64,000 bases of DNA from Promethearchaeota archaeon. Lineage in GTDB: Archaea; Asgardarchaeota; Lokiarchaeia; Sigyniarchaeales; SOKP01. The notes under the pieces are model-generated. The model did not search any database. It worked only from the letters and a program-made list of their open reading frames with translations, and was not told the origin of the DNA. Positions within the stretch are counted from its first letter, which is position 1; each line of letters opens with the position of its first letter. A program made the translations under genes and the position numbers. The stretch lies in NCBI GenBank assembly GCA_016839745.1, contig JAEOTS010000116.1, positions 1-64,000 of the forward strand, read 5' to 3'. Below, in pieces: positions 40,986-51,337 of the stretch.

Positions 40986-41975
40986 ATGGGTATTCATAAG
41001 AAAAAAACGGAATCAAACTTCAACATCTGTTTTATCGGACACTTAGCAGTTGATAGTATTGTAAGATTTAAGCAAAAAAGAAAACCATCTTTAGGTGGAT
41101 CTGTTACTTTTGGTTCCTTGTCTCTGAAAAAGTATGAAAAGACGGTAAATATAGGGATTATCTCAAATTTAGGTACTTTAAACTTTGATAAATCCCTGTT
41201 GAAGCGATTTGACGACAAATTTATCGATCTCAGGGGTGTTAAATCGCTAGATGTTGCTAATACTAATTTTTTACTAGAGTATTCAGATCATTCAAGAACA
41301 TTAACGCTCAAATCTAGGAGCCCGAATCTTAAATTTGAGGATATTCCTGATTTCTATCTGTCAAGTCCTCCTCAAATCATCGTATTAGCTCCATTATGTA
41401 ACGAAATTTCTTATGATTATGTTTCTAAAATAGTAGAAACATTCCCTAACGCTTATATTGGAATAGATTTGCAAGGATTTATTAGGAAAATTGATGAGCA
41501 TGGAAAAGTTTTATATATCAGAGAAGAATCCATTATAGAGAATATAAAAAAAATAATTAGATTGATAGGCGATAAGTTAATTCTTAAAGGCTCTGAAATT
41601 GAAATGAAGATTTTATCAAATCTAGAAGACCCAAACAAAATAATGGATTGGTGTAAGATTTTTGAAAATAACGCGATATATATAATGACAATGGGAGAAG
41701 CAGGTTCAATGATAATGAAATGTGGAGAAGATGTCATAAAAATCCCCGCGTATAAACCCAAGAGAGTTGTAGATGAAACAGGTCCTGGTGATGTTTACTT
41801 AGCTATATTTTTATATGAATTAATCAATTCTGATAAATCTTGGAAAAAAATTGAAGAAATAGGGTATATAGCATCAGCAACAGCGTCTTTTTTAGTTGAA
41901 AAAAAGGGCCCTGAGGGATTTGAAACAAAAAATAAAGTAATGAAAAGAGTTAGAAATAAAAAATATATTTTATAA
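40986..41975 (+). CDS. PfkB/ribokinase-family carbohydrate kinase
   Basis: IGHLAVD..LGGS, IDLQGFIR, LKGSEIE, TMGEAGS, VDETGPGD. Confidence 0.85.
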   Translation: MGIHKKKTESNFNICFIGHLAVDSIVRFKQKRKPSLGGSVTFGSLSLKKYEKTVNIGIISNLGTLNFDKSLLKRFDDKFIDLRGVKSLDVANTNFLLEYSDHSRTLTLKSRSPNLKFEDIPDFYLSSPPQIIVLAPLCNEISYDYVSKIVETFPNAYIGIDLQGFIRKIDEHGKVLYIREESIIENIKKIIRLIGDKLILKGSEIEMKILSNLEDPNKIMDWCKIFENNAIYIMTMGEAGSMIMKCGEDVIKIPAYKPKRVVDETGPGDVYLAIFLYELINSDKSWKKIEEIGYIASATASFLVEKKGPEGFETKNKVMKRVRNKKYIL

Positions 41976-41995
41976 TTCATCTTAAGGATAATAGA

Positions 41996-42583
41996 ATGCA
42001 TATAAACAGTCATTTTGCCGTAGGTGTGATATTAGCTTCAATTTTACACCATTTCTACAGCTTTTCTTTACTTGAATTCTTTTTTATCCTTACATTTTCT
42101 TTTATTTGTGATTTTGACGTATTTTTTGCTAAATATGCTATAAATCACAATCACAGAATGCTAATTTCTCATTCAATAATTCCGGGTTTTCTAATACTAG
42201 TGTTTGGAATTATTATTAATTGGCCAGTATTAGCTTTTAGTGGTGCAGCATATTCTATACACATCATCATAGACACTTTTGATTGGGGTACGAACTTCTT
42301 CTATTTTCAAAAGAAGCAAGTTGGATTAAAGCTACTCATAACAAAAGAAGAACTTGAAAATTTACCCGAATATCTATCAAAATTTAAAAAAGCAGAATCC
42401 TTTTTCGATGCAAAATATTATAGCAGTAGAATAAGTTTAGGAATTGAAGTAACACTTTTTATACTTATGATGGTATTTATTATTATTTTTGCTTTTGAAT
42501 TTGTTCTAATCTCGTTATTTTATTTTTTGGGCTTGTATTTTCATTTATCTCGACATTTCATGCTAAAAAAATTCGAAGCATAA
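41996..42583 (+). CDS. membrane-bound metal-dependent hydrolase (YdjM-like)
   Basis: SHF..DFD..HRMLISHS..HIIIDTF motif set with TM helices. Confidence 0.7.
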   Translation: MHINSHFAVGVILASILHHFYSFSLLEFFFILTFSFICDFDVFFAKYAINHNHRMLISHSIIPGFLILVFGIIINWPVLAFSGAAYSIHIIIDTFDWGTNFFYFQKKQVGLKLLITKEELENLPEYLSKFKKAESFFDAKYYSSRISLGIEVTLFILMMVFIIIFAFEFVLISLFYFLGLYFHLSRHFMLKKFEA

Positions 42584-42691
42584 AAGTAGATGCTCTATAA
42601 TTAAAAGGAAAAAGATTTAAGAGTAAACTGATCGTTTTACCTCATATTATCTTATAAATGATCATTAATGATTATAATGAAGTGAAAAATA

Positions 42692-43129
42692 ATGTCTGAA
42701 GGAATGAAACCAAAAGTAGGAATAACTCTGGACAAAGAGATGATATTCAAATGCGACCTTGGTGATATGAAAGTAAAAGATTGCTATATTGATGATACTC
42801 ATAAAAATGAAGTAGATATGCTAGGTCCTAATCCTTCTAGAATGTTAGGATTAGCACTATTAGGGTGTTTGAGTGCCAGTTTCATCTTTTGTTTGAAAAA
42901 GAAAAATCTTACACTAGATGATTTAAATGCAGAGGCGGAACTAACAATAGCTCGTAATGAAAAGGGATTTTGGAGAGTCATGAAAGTGGATGTCGATATT
43001 AATATTAAGATTAGTGATCTGGTTACGCGTAAAAGAGCAGATCAATGTAAAAAGATGTTCGAGCAATATTGTGTAGTCACTCAGGCCGTAAGAGAAGGTA
43101 TTGATGTTGAAGTAAATCTTAATTATTAG
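42692..43129 (+). CDS. OsmC-family protein
   Basis: GPNPSRML..ALLGCL and YCVVTQAV, with both Cys present. Confidence 0.88.
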   Translation: MSEGMKPKVGITLDKEMIFKCDLGDMKVKDCYIDDTHKNEVDMLGPNPSRMLGLALLGCLSASFIFCLKKKNLTLDDLNAEAELTIARNEKGFWRVMKVDVDINIKISDLVTRKRADQCKKMFEQYCVVTQAVREGIDVEVNLNY

Positions 43130-43169
43130 TTTTTTTAATATTTTTCTTTCTTTAATTAATCTTAATTAA

Positions 43170-44168
43170 CTAATCTTTTATACCATCCTCTGTTATTGAA
43201 AATATAGCTTCCGCTTCTGCTAAATGTGGCGCATCGATCATTTTGGCTACTCTCTGTTCTCCCTTTCCTTTTCTTAGATAGATTCTTACCGTAGCACCAT
43301 GAGCGAGAATGTGGCCGCCCGTGGCCACTGTTGGATTTCCATAGAAAACATCAGGTTTCGAAGAAACTTGATTAGTAAAAATCACAGCTAGCTCGTCAAA
43401 TATTTCTGTTAGTCGTAATAAATCGTGAATATGGCCGTTAAGAATTTGTTGTCTATTTGCTAAAGTGCCCCTTCCAACATATTCGCTACGAAAATGACCT
43501 ATTATCGAATCCACGACTATTAATTTAATATTTTTTTCTTTTACTATTTTTGAAGCTTCTTGAATTAATAGCACTTGATGATCGCTATTATAAGCACGCC
43601 CAACAATGATATTTTGCAAGGTTTTATTATAATCTAAATCTTTTGCTTCTGACATTTGAATTATTCTCTCAGGTCTAAAAGTTGCTTCTGTGTCGATGTA
43701 AAGAGCATTACCTTCCAAACCTCCTTCCTCATAAGGTAATTGAACATTAACGCAAAGTTGATGAGCAATTTGAGTCTTACCTGTTCTATATTCTCCATAA
43801 AACTCAGTAACAGAACCTGGTTCAATACCTCCTGCTAAAATTTCGTCTAGGTTCGAACTATTTGTTGTCAAGCGGTTCAGTTGTCTTCTTTTTTCCCAAA
43901 TAATATCAGCACTTTTAAACCCCATGTTTTCAATGTCTTGGGCGGCTTTAATTATTTTTTGAGCTGTTTTTTCCCCAATGCCTGCTTCATCCATTAACTT
44001 AGTAATGGGATAAATAGCAAGAGTTCTGATTGAAACAATTCCCGCATCCTTCAGCTTCTTTACAGTCGTATCTCCGACTCCCGGTAAATCCTTTAAATCA
44101 TAAACCACTTCAGTCTTTATCGAGCCTTTACTATTGGTTTCTTCTGAATCTTCATTTTTTTTTGCCAT
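43170..44168 (-). CDS. radA: DNA repair and recombination protein RadA
   Basis: N-terminal HhH, GEYRTGKTQ, YIDTEATFRPERI, VVDSI..HFRSEYVGRGTLA.RQQ, GGHILAH. Confidence 0.96.
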   Translation of the reverse strand: MAKKNEDSEETNSKGSIKTEVVYDLKDLPGVGDTTVKKLKDAGIVSIRTLAIYPITKLMDEAGIGEKTAQKIIKAAQDIENMGFKSADIIWEKRRQLNRLTTNSSNLDEILAGGIEPGSVTEFYGEYRTGKTQIAHQLCVNVQLPYEEGGLEGNALYIDTEATFRPERIIQMSEAKDLDYNKTLQNIIVGRAYNSDHQVLLIQEASKIVKEKNIKLIVVDSIIGHFRSEYVGRGTLANRQQILNGHIHDLLRLTEIFDELAVIFTNQVSSKPDVFYGNPTVATGGHILAHGATVRIYLRKGKGEQRVAKMIDAPHLAEAEAIFSITEDGIKD

Positions 44169-44281
44169 AAGCTTATCGCCAATATAATAGTAAATATAAT
44201 TATAAATAGGTTATATGTAATTTCGATAGTTTATTATCCTTTATATTTAAAAATAATAACAAAAAAATAAAAATTAAAGTT

Positions 44282-44974
44282 TTACTTCATTTTCTTGACT
44301 TCTTTACCGCTTCGAGTAATAATCAACAGAACTATGAATAGGATTACGCTCATAAGAAAGGTTAATACTCCCATTGCTTCAGGTAACCATATGTAGCTCA
44401 AGTAGAGAAAAGGTAAAATAAACAGACCAATTATAATTATAAAAACGGGTAGAGGTACTTCTTCGTCCCTAAGATCTACGAGTAGTGGTACAATTACCAA
44501 TCCAATTAATACTGTTGCCAAAACTCTAAAAGCAAACAAAATTGTAAGATTTACCCACGCTTCAATTCCATAAGTAGCAGTGTAAATATCTGGAAAATAG
44601 AAAAACCAGTATGGGGTGGTATTGGTTTGCATCGTTGCATTAGAAACTGGTAAAATCGCCGTAAGGATTGCTTGTATTACAATTCCCAAAGCTAAGTATA
44701 AAACTATATCATTAATTTCTTTTGGATCCTTTTTTCTTACAACACCGAATAAATCCCTCAATAAACACAAATTCCACAGAATAAATAAAATTAAATAAAC
44801 CCCAAGAACATCAAATTGAAAAAACCATAAGAAATTTATAGGTATCAGAGCAACTATGTATGCTAAATAGCCATAGCGTTCATTCCTTTTGAAAAGATCG
44901 AAAAACAAAAAGACGCCAAATATTACAAATAAAGTTCCAGTAATGATAATGGAATTAATATCAAATGCAGCCAC
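44282..44974 (-). CDS. polytopic membrane protein, hypothetical
   Basis: 230 aa with about seven hydrophobic segments; GTG start. Confidence 0.7.
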   Translation of the reverse strand: MAAFDINSIIITGTLFVIFGVFLFFDLFKRNERYGYLAYIVALIPINFLWFFQFDVLGVYLILFILWNLCLLRDLFGVVRKKDPKEINDIVLYLALGIVIQAILTAILPVSNATMQTNTTPYWFFYFPDIYTATYGIEAWVNLTILFAFRVLATVLIGLVIVPLLVDLRDEEVPLPVFIIIIGLFILPFLYLSYIWLPEAMGVLTFLMSVILFIVLLIITRSGKEVKKMK

Positions 44975-45158
44975 TATAAAAACTTCCTTTTAATTATTAT
45001 TTTTAATTTTGTTAATAATTATATATAATATAACAACATATTATTTTAAATTAATACCAGACCATTATTATTCTAACTTCAGAAAATTTATCCTCGTCCT
45101 GTAAAATGGTTAAGAAATTAATTGGTAGCTTAAATCAATTAAAAACATTCTATGATTG

Positions 45159-46544
45159 TTATAATTTCGAAATTATTTTGGATAACCTTAATATCATTTT
45201 CTCTGATTTACTCGTATTCTCTGATTCCGCAGATAATAATATAGCGTTTCTATTTAAAGCGACTTTAACAGTAACATACACGTCATCATCTATTATTTTT
45301 AACTCATTTATAATATCTTGGTACTTCAAATCATGTTCATCAACAAACTCAATTAGCTTATTATGAATGGTCTCTATAGTTTCGGCGGAAACTGGTATAG
45401 TTTTATTGACTTTTATACCCTTAGGGAAACCTTTGGTAAGAGAGCTGATTAAATCATTTTGAATAGACATTATTTCTAAGATTTTTAGTAAAATATAATT
45501 ACCGTCGCTGAAAGGTGAATAATTGGGGAAATAAAATTTCAGAGAATCAGAGGCAGCAAAACAAGCTCTTTCTTGTCTTATTTGTCTCGATAATTCTCCT
45601 GGGGTATTTTCTACAAGTTTAATTGGATGACCCGTTTCAATAATGAAGTTTTTGACGACTGGAGAAACAGAAGGTGTAACTATTATTGTGCTATTTTTAG
45701 AATTTCTTATTTGCTGATCGTATGCAACAAATAACATTAGCAAATCTTCAAAATTAATTTCTAACCCATTTTCGTCTAGCACTAATATTCGTGATCCATC
45801 GACATCAAAACATACTCCTAAATGACTGTTAGATGCTTTTACAATATCTGCTGCATTCTTGATTGTATTGATACTCGGTACTGGTACGATAGATCTTTCA
45901 CGATAGTGAGTATTAAGAGCAATAACTTCTACACCTACCTCGTTAATTAATAGTGGAGTTATTTTTCCCGTTGGGCTGAAAGAACAATCTACTACTACCT
46001 TTAAATCGGCATCTCTGATTTGATTTTTATTCACAAACTGCTCTAAGGATTTTATGTATACATCTTGAGTTTGAGGGATAGCAATTATGCGTCCTATCCT
46101 TCTTGGGTCAACGCGTCTAATTTGGGAAGGATAAGTATTAAATGATTCAATAATTTTTTTTATTTCTATGGAAGATAGTTCAATCCCTCCCGCATCGGCA
46201 AATCTCACGCCCACATCTTCACTGTATAGATGACCTCCTGAAAAATAAGCCCCTCCACTTGCCCCAAATCGTCTAATTGTGAATTGTAATAATGGATAGG
46301 TGCAATCTGATAGATTTAAGACATTTATTCCAGTGCTCATCATTCCTGAAGTATATCCTCTCTTTAACATGCGACTATCGTTATGATAATCCCGACCAAT
46401 AACAACAGTTTCATCCAATTTAAATGAACTTCCATGAATAGAACCAATTGAGCTTGAGATTTCAGGAGTAAAAATGTAATTTGCCCTTCCTACTATTCGA
46501 CCCTTTTTATAGAGTTCATCTAAATTTTGGACACGCGAGGACAA
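45159..46544 (-). CDS. phosphomannomutase-like protein with degenerate active site
   Basis: PGM_PMM fold motifs (GRD..SRMLK, LKVVVDC, FDVDGSR), but YFSGGH replaces the ASHN loop. Confidence 0.8.
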   Translation of the reverse strand: MSSRVQNLDELYKKGRIVGRANYIFTPEISSSIGSIHGSSFKLDETVVIGRDYHNDSRMLKRGYTSGMMSTGINVLNLSDCTYPLLQFTIRRFGASGGAYFSGGHLYSEDVGVRFADAGGIELSSIEIKKIIESFNTYPSQIRRVDPRRIGRIIAIPQTQDVYIKSLEQFVNKNQIRDADLKVVVDCSFSPTGKITPLLINEVGVEVIALNTHYRERSIVPVPSINTIKNAADIVKASNSHLGVCFDVDGSRILVLDENGLEINFEDLLMLFVAYDQQIRNSKNSTIIVTPSVSPVVKNFIIETGHPIKLVENTPGELSRQIRQERACFAASDSLKFYFPNYSPFSDGNYILLKILEIMSIQNDLISSLTKGFPKGIKVNKTIPVSAETIETIHNKLIEFVDEHDLKYQDIINELKIIDDDVYVTVKVALNRNAILLSAESENTSKSEKMILRLSKIISKL

Positions 46545-46694
46545 TTTAAATCATTAAAGTTTGGAATTTTCGATTTGTAAAATATAATTATTATAGCTTG
46601 TTTTACATTAATAACTTTAGTTAAAAAATCAATCATAAAATAATAAATCGGGTATAATTAATTATAAGATTATAAATAATAAAGTGAATTCTCT

Positions 46695-49600
46695 ATGAAA
46701 ATTTCGAGAGATGCGAGAAATAAATATGGATTAAATGATTTTAAATTTACCGAAAGAGGAGATCTTGAATTTGACGGTGATACCCATTTAGTTAGATTAT
46801 TTGTACAGAAATTAAATCAAAAGAGAGATTTGATTAACTACCCTGAAATAGCTATTAGGATCGGTGAATTCAATGGAATGGCACTAATGTATGAAATAAA
46901 AAAATATTTATTAGATTTGTACAGACAAGAAACCAAAAATGAACTTCTAACCCTTGAACTTTTTGATTATTTAAAAGATAAAATTGGAGATTTAAGACTG
47001 AATGAGGCAATATATTCTTTGATCGAAGAATTTCCTCCTGAAAAAGTATATCAAGAAGAAGTTAATATAGAAGAATTTTTGAAAGAAGAAGTTCAAGGAG
47101 TTGGAAACGAAATCCATCTTGTTGATGAATTCATAAATTTATGGCTTGGAAATAGTAATCCTTCTTATTCTCCTTTTATCGAACTATTTGATGATGAATC
47201 CCTTGAAAAGAGGACTGCTTATAGGGAAATTATTGATGAAATTACAACTTTTTTCGATGACAAAACTAGATTTGGTCCAGATGATCAAAACTTAATAGAA
47301 ATGCTAAATGAACCCGCTATTAAATATCCCCATTCAATACGTGAGCAATTAGAATATATCCATGAGAAATGGGGAGAACTGGTCGGAAAATACCTATTCA
47401 GGATCTTAATTGCTATTGATATCATAAGAGAAGAAGAAACTCTAAGAGGATTAGGCCCAGGAGAGTCAGAGGCTTATGATTATGACGCATTGGAACTTGA
47501 AAATTACACTCTCGATAAAGAATGGATGCCTAAGGTTGTTATGATCGCTAAAAATGTATATGTTTGGATGAATCAATTATCTGTAAAGTACCAGAGAGCT
47601 ATACACAAATTAAACGAAATACCTGATGAAGAATTAGATATCCTAAAAGAATGGGGCTTTACTGGACTGTGGCTTATTGGTTTATGGGAGAGAAGTCAAG
47701 CATCAAAAACTATTAAAAGATGGTGTGGAAATCCAGAAGCAGAAGCAAGTGCTTATTCAACATATGATTATTCTATTGCTTATGACTTGGGGGGGTATGA
47801 GTCTTATAAGAATTTAAAGGAGAGAGCAATGGCGAGAGGAATTCGTCTCGCTTGCGATATGGTCCCTAATCATACAGGAATTGTCTCAAAGTGGGTGAAG
47901 GAGCATCCTGATTGGTACGTATCTCTACCGTATTCCCCGTTTCCCTCCTATACTTTTTCTGGAGATAATTTATCTGGTGATCCAAATATAGGAATTTATT
48001 TAGAAGATAAGTATTTTTCAAGAACCGACGCAGCTGTGACATTTAAACATGTTGATTTTCGATCAGGAGAAGAGAAATATATCTACCATGGAAACGATGG
48101 AACAAGTTTTCCTTGGAATGACACTGCTCAATTAAATTTTCTAAATCCTGAAGTACGAGAGGCTGTTATAAAAACAATAATACAAGTTTCTAAGATGTTC
48201 CCGATCATTCGTTTTGATGCGGCTATGACTCTAACGAGAAAGCATTATCAACGTTTATGGTTTCCTGAACCCGGAACTGGAGGCGCAATTCCGTCAAGAG
48301 CGGAACACGGTATTTCAAGAGATGAGTTTTATAAATTAATGCCACAGGAGTTCTGGCGTGAAGTTGTAGATAGAATCAATGAAGAAAATTCTGATACTTT
48401 GTTGCTAGCAGAAGCATTTTGGTTACTCGAGGGATTTTTCGTAAGAACTTTAGGCATGCATCGTGTGTATAATTCTGCTTTTATGAATATGCTCCGAGAC
48501 GAAGATAACGCCATGTATCGATTAGTTTTAAAAAATACTTTACAATTCGACCCTGAAATCCTAAAACGATTTGTCAATTTCATGAATAATCCAGACGAAG
48601 AAACTGCTATTAAGCAATTTGGGGATGGTGGAAAATATTTCGGCGTTTGCTTAATGATGATAACTATGCCTGGTTTACCTATGTTTGGACACGGTCAAAT
48701 AGAGGGTTTTCACGAAAAATACGGTATGGAATATAGGCGCGCTTATTGGGATGAAAAAATCAATTTGGGCTTGCTTCAACAACATGAAAGAATAATATTT
48801 CCTATAATGAAGAAACGCTACTTATTTGCTAATGCAAATAATTTTTTACTTTATGATTTTTGGAGTGGAAATATGGTTAATGAAGATGTGTTTGCGTATT
48901 CAAATAGAGTTAATAATGAACGCGCTTTGATTATTTACCATAATAAATATGCAGAAACAAAAGGTTTTATTAAAAATTCTGTTGGTTTTACTGTTAAACA
49001 AGAAAATGATAAATTTCAAACCCAAAAAACCTTAAACGAGGGGTTAAAATTACCAAAAGATGGATATTGCATCTTTAAAGATTACTTAACTGGATTAGAA
49101 TATATTAGACGAAATCAAGATCTTCACGAACAAGGTTTATATTTAGAACTCCAAGCATTTCAAAGCTTTTTATTTATGGATTTCCAGATAGTTAATGATA
49201 ATGAATTCTTCCACTACGCTCAATTGTACGATCTTCTAGGGGGAAGGGGTGTACATAACATTAATGAGACTCTCCATGAAATAATATACCAACCATTACT
49301 CGAATCCTTTAAGAAAATAGTCAATATCAAAAATTTTAAAAATCTATTAGAAACTCAGAAAACAGAATTAATTGTAGAGGGCATAACTAAAAAACTCAAT
49401 TCATTTTTATTTGAAGTGAAAAAATATTCTTCGAGTAATAAGGATGTGGCCAACATAGAAAAAGAAATTCGTTCAAAATTAATAGTATCTTTACAATTAC
49501 ATAACGGCTTGACACATTTAGATATTTCTACTAATTTGAAGAACACTTTAGCTAATATTCTTCCTAAGTCTGAATTTGAATGGGGGATATTAATTTCTTG

Positions 49601-50102
49601 GTTATTTATCCATCAATTAGGAAGAGTAATTTCAGAAAAGAACTATGAATTAAAAAGTCGAAGTTTGTTTGATGAGTGGCGATTATCAAAGTATATAGGA
49701 AATACATTGAGAGAATTATCAATAAACGAGGATGAGAAAAAAAAGGAAGTTGGGTCAATTATAAAGATAATGGTTTCTCTCCAAAACTGGTCTAATTCAA
49801 TAGATTATTCAGAAAAAAACTTTTATGCGATCTTTCAATCTTTCTTTAGGGATCCTGAAATACAAGTATATTTAAAAGTAAATAGATATCATAACCTTCT
49901 TTGGTATAGTGCAGAAGATTTTGCCAATTTTACAAGGTGGATTTGGTTAACTGCTATAATTGATAAAATAGCAAAACCTAATAATAGGATAGGTAATGAG
50001 CTAGAAGAACTATTAGGGTATCTCCAAAAAATTACTGAACTAGCGAAAACCTCAAAATTTCAAGTCAATCAATTTTTAGAAGATTTGCAAAATTCGACTT
50101 AA
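46695..50102 (+). CDS. large GH13 alpha-amylase-family protein with helical N- and C-terminal extensions
   Basis: LWLIGLWERS, DMVPNH, IRFDAAM, AEAFW, FMNNPDE. Confidence 0.9.
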   Translation: MKISRDARNKYGLNDFKFTERGDLEFDGDTHLVRLFVQKLNQKRDLINYPEIAIRIGEFNGMALMYEIKKYLLDLYRQETKNELLTLELFDYLKDKIGDLRLNEAIYSLIEEFPPEKVYQEEVNIEEFLKEEVQGVGNEIHLVDEFINLWLGNSNPSYSPFIELFDDESLEKRTAYREIIDEITTFFDDKTRFGPDDQNLIEMLNEPAIKYPHSIREQLEYIHEKWGELVGKYLFRILIAIDIIREEETLRGLGPGESEAYDYDALELENYTLDKEWMPKVVMIAKNVYVWMNQLSVKYQRAIHKLNEIPDEELDILKEWGFTGLWLIGLWERSQASKTIKRWCGNPEAEASAYSTYDYSIAYDLGGYESYKNLKERAMARGIRLACDMVPNHTGIVSKWVKEHPDWYVSLPYSPFPSYTFSGDNLSGDPNIGIYLEDKYFSRTDAAVTFKHVDFRSGEEKYIYHGNDGTSFPWNDTAQLNFLNPEVREAVIKTIIQVSKMFPIIRFDAAMTLTRKHYQRLWFPEPGTGGAIPSRAEHGISRDEFYKLMPQEFWREVVDRINEENSDTLLLAEAFWLLEGFFVRTLGMHRVYNSAFMNMLRDEDNAMYRLVLKNTLQFDPEILKRFVNFMNNPDEETAIKQFGDGGKYFGVCLMMITMPGLPMFGHGQIEGFHEKYGMEYRRAYWDEKINLGLLQQHERIIFPIMKKRYLFANANNFLLYDFWSGNMVNEDVFAYSNRVNNERALIIYHNKYAETKGFIKNSVGFTVKQENDKFQTQKTLNEGLKLPKDGYCIFKDYLTGLEYIRRNQDLHEQGLYLELQAFQSFLFMDFQIVNDNEFFHYAQLYDLLGGRGVHNINETLHEIIYQPLLESFKKIVNIKNFKNLLETQKTELIVEGITKKLNSFLFEVKKYSSSNKDVANIEKEIRSKLIVSLQLHNGLTHLDISTNLKNTLANILPKSEFEWGILISWLFIHQLGRVISEKNYELKSRSLFDEWRLSKYIGNTLRELSINEDEKKKEVGSIIKIMVSLQNWSNSIDYSEKNFYAIFQSFFRDPEIQVYLKVNRYHNLLWYSAEDFANFTRWIWLTAIIDKIAKPNNRIGNELEELLGYLQKITELAKTSKFQVNQFLEDLQNST

Positions 50103-50127
50103 ACCAAACTCCCATCTAAATGGATTC

Positions 50128-51276
50128 TTAAATATTTGTGCCAAGTTCCAGAGTTTTATCTCTTATTTGAGTATCACTGCTAATTTTACTATTTGGTGCA
50201 ACTATTGCATTATGTAAAACGACATTATCCCCAATTTCGCAGTTATTACAAACTATAGAACTATCAATATGACACCCTGCTCCAATATCTACATCATCCC
50301 AAATAACGCTTTTTTCTATTAATGTATCTTCACCTATTTTGACATGGTTTCCAATAGAGCTAAGTGGTTTAATCCTTACTCGATTACAGAGTTCAACAAA
50401 TTCCCCAAAACAAGTAGGTTTTTCGATGCTTACATTTTGACCAGAATTGATAATTCCCATGAGAAAAACTCCATCGTATTCTTCGCCATTCGGAGTAATA
50501 GGCCAAGAATATTTTCTTAATAAATCCCAATTTGCCCACAAATAAGTTTGGGAGTTACCACAGTCAAGCCAATAATAATTCTTTACAAAACCATATAAAT
50601 CATAATTATTCTCGAGGAGGTAAGGGAAGACTTCACTACCGAAGTCCATTAAACTAGTTTCTTGTAACATTACATCAATTTCTTTTTTAAAACAATAGAT
50701 TCCTGTATTTATAATGTTTGTATGTAAAAATAAATCTGTTCTTTGAGCCATGCTACTTAAATATAGTTCCATAGGGGCAGGTTTTTCTAAAAATAGATAT
50801 ATTTTTCTATTGTTATCTAGAAGAACAACGCCATACTGGCTCGTATGACTTTCACTGGTTTTCATAGAAATAGTACTTATTCCACCCTTCTCTAAGTGAA
50901 AATCCATAAAACTTCTCATTGGGAGGTTGGTAACGATGTCTGCCATACTCACAGCGATATTTTCTGAGTCTATTCTATCGGTTAATAATCTGTATGCATC
51001 TGCAGTACCCTTACTTTCCTGAATGATACACTCTAACTCAACATCACCTAATTTGTCAGGTGTCCATGTTTTTTCTATATATTCTTTTAATTCTTTACCC
51101 ATATAAGCCAAGGCAAGAACAATATGCTTGATATTTGCATATATAAGGTGAGCTATTGAATAATCTACCATTGGTTTATTTGTTACCTTCACTAATGGTT
51201 TAGTGATAAGTGAAGTTAAAGGTAAGAGTCTTTTTCCTCTACCTCCAGCGAGTATTATAGCAGACCATTCTTTCAA
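50128..51276 (-). CDS. sugar-1-phosphate nucleotidyltransferase (mannose-1-P guanylyltransferase-like) with hexapeptide tail
   Basis: ILAGGRGKRL.PLT..KP, GTAD, YGVV, FLEKP, NTGIY, DFG..VFP, YWLDCG. Confidence 0.9.
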   Translation of the reverse strand: MKEWSAIILAGGRGKRLLPLTSLITKPLVKVTNKPMVDYSIAHLIYANIKHIVLALAYMGKELKEYIEKTWTPDKLGDVELECIIQESKGTADAYRLLTDRIDSENIAVSMADIVTNLPMRSFMDFHLEKGGISTISMKTSESHTSQYGVVLLDNNRKIYLFLEKPAPMELYLSSMAQRTDLFLHTNIINTGIYCFKKEIDVMLQETSLMDFGSEVFPYLLENNYDLYGFVKNYYWLDCGNSQTYLWANWDLLRKYSWPITPNGEEYDGVFLMGIINSGQNVSIEKPTCFGEFVELCNRVRIKPLSSIGNHVKIGEDTLIEKSVIWDDVDIGAGCHIDSSIVCNNCEIGDNVVLHNAIVAPNSKISSDTQIRDKTLELGTNI

Positions 51277-51337
51277 ATTGAACCTCTCACAAAATTTTAC
51301 ATTATTTATATGGTGAATAATAGATATAAATCTATTA

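Noticed and set aside
41770-41795. PfkB anion-hole variant GPGD instead of GAGD
   Set aside because: The catalytic Asp is retained, and a single substitution is too weak to infer novelty.
29465-44168. Inteins in atpA, atpA' or radA
   Set aside because: Lengths are normal and the motifs are contiguous at the usual insertion sites.
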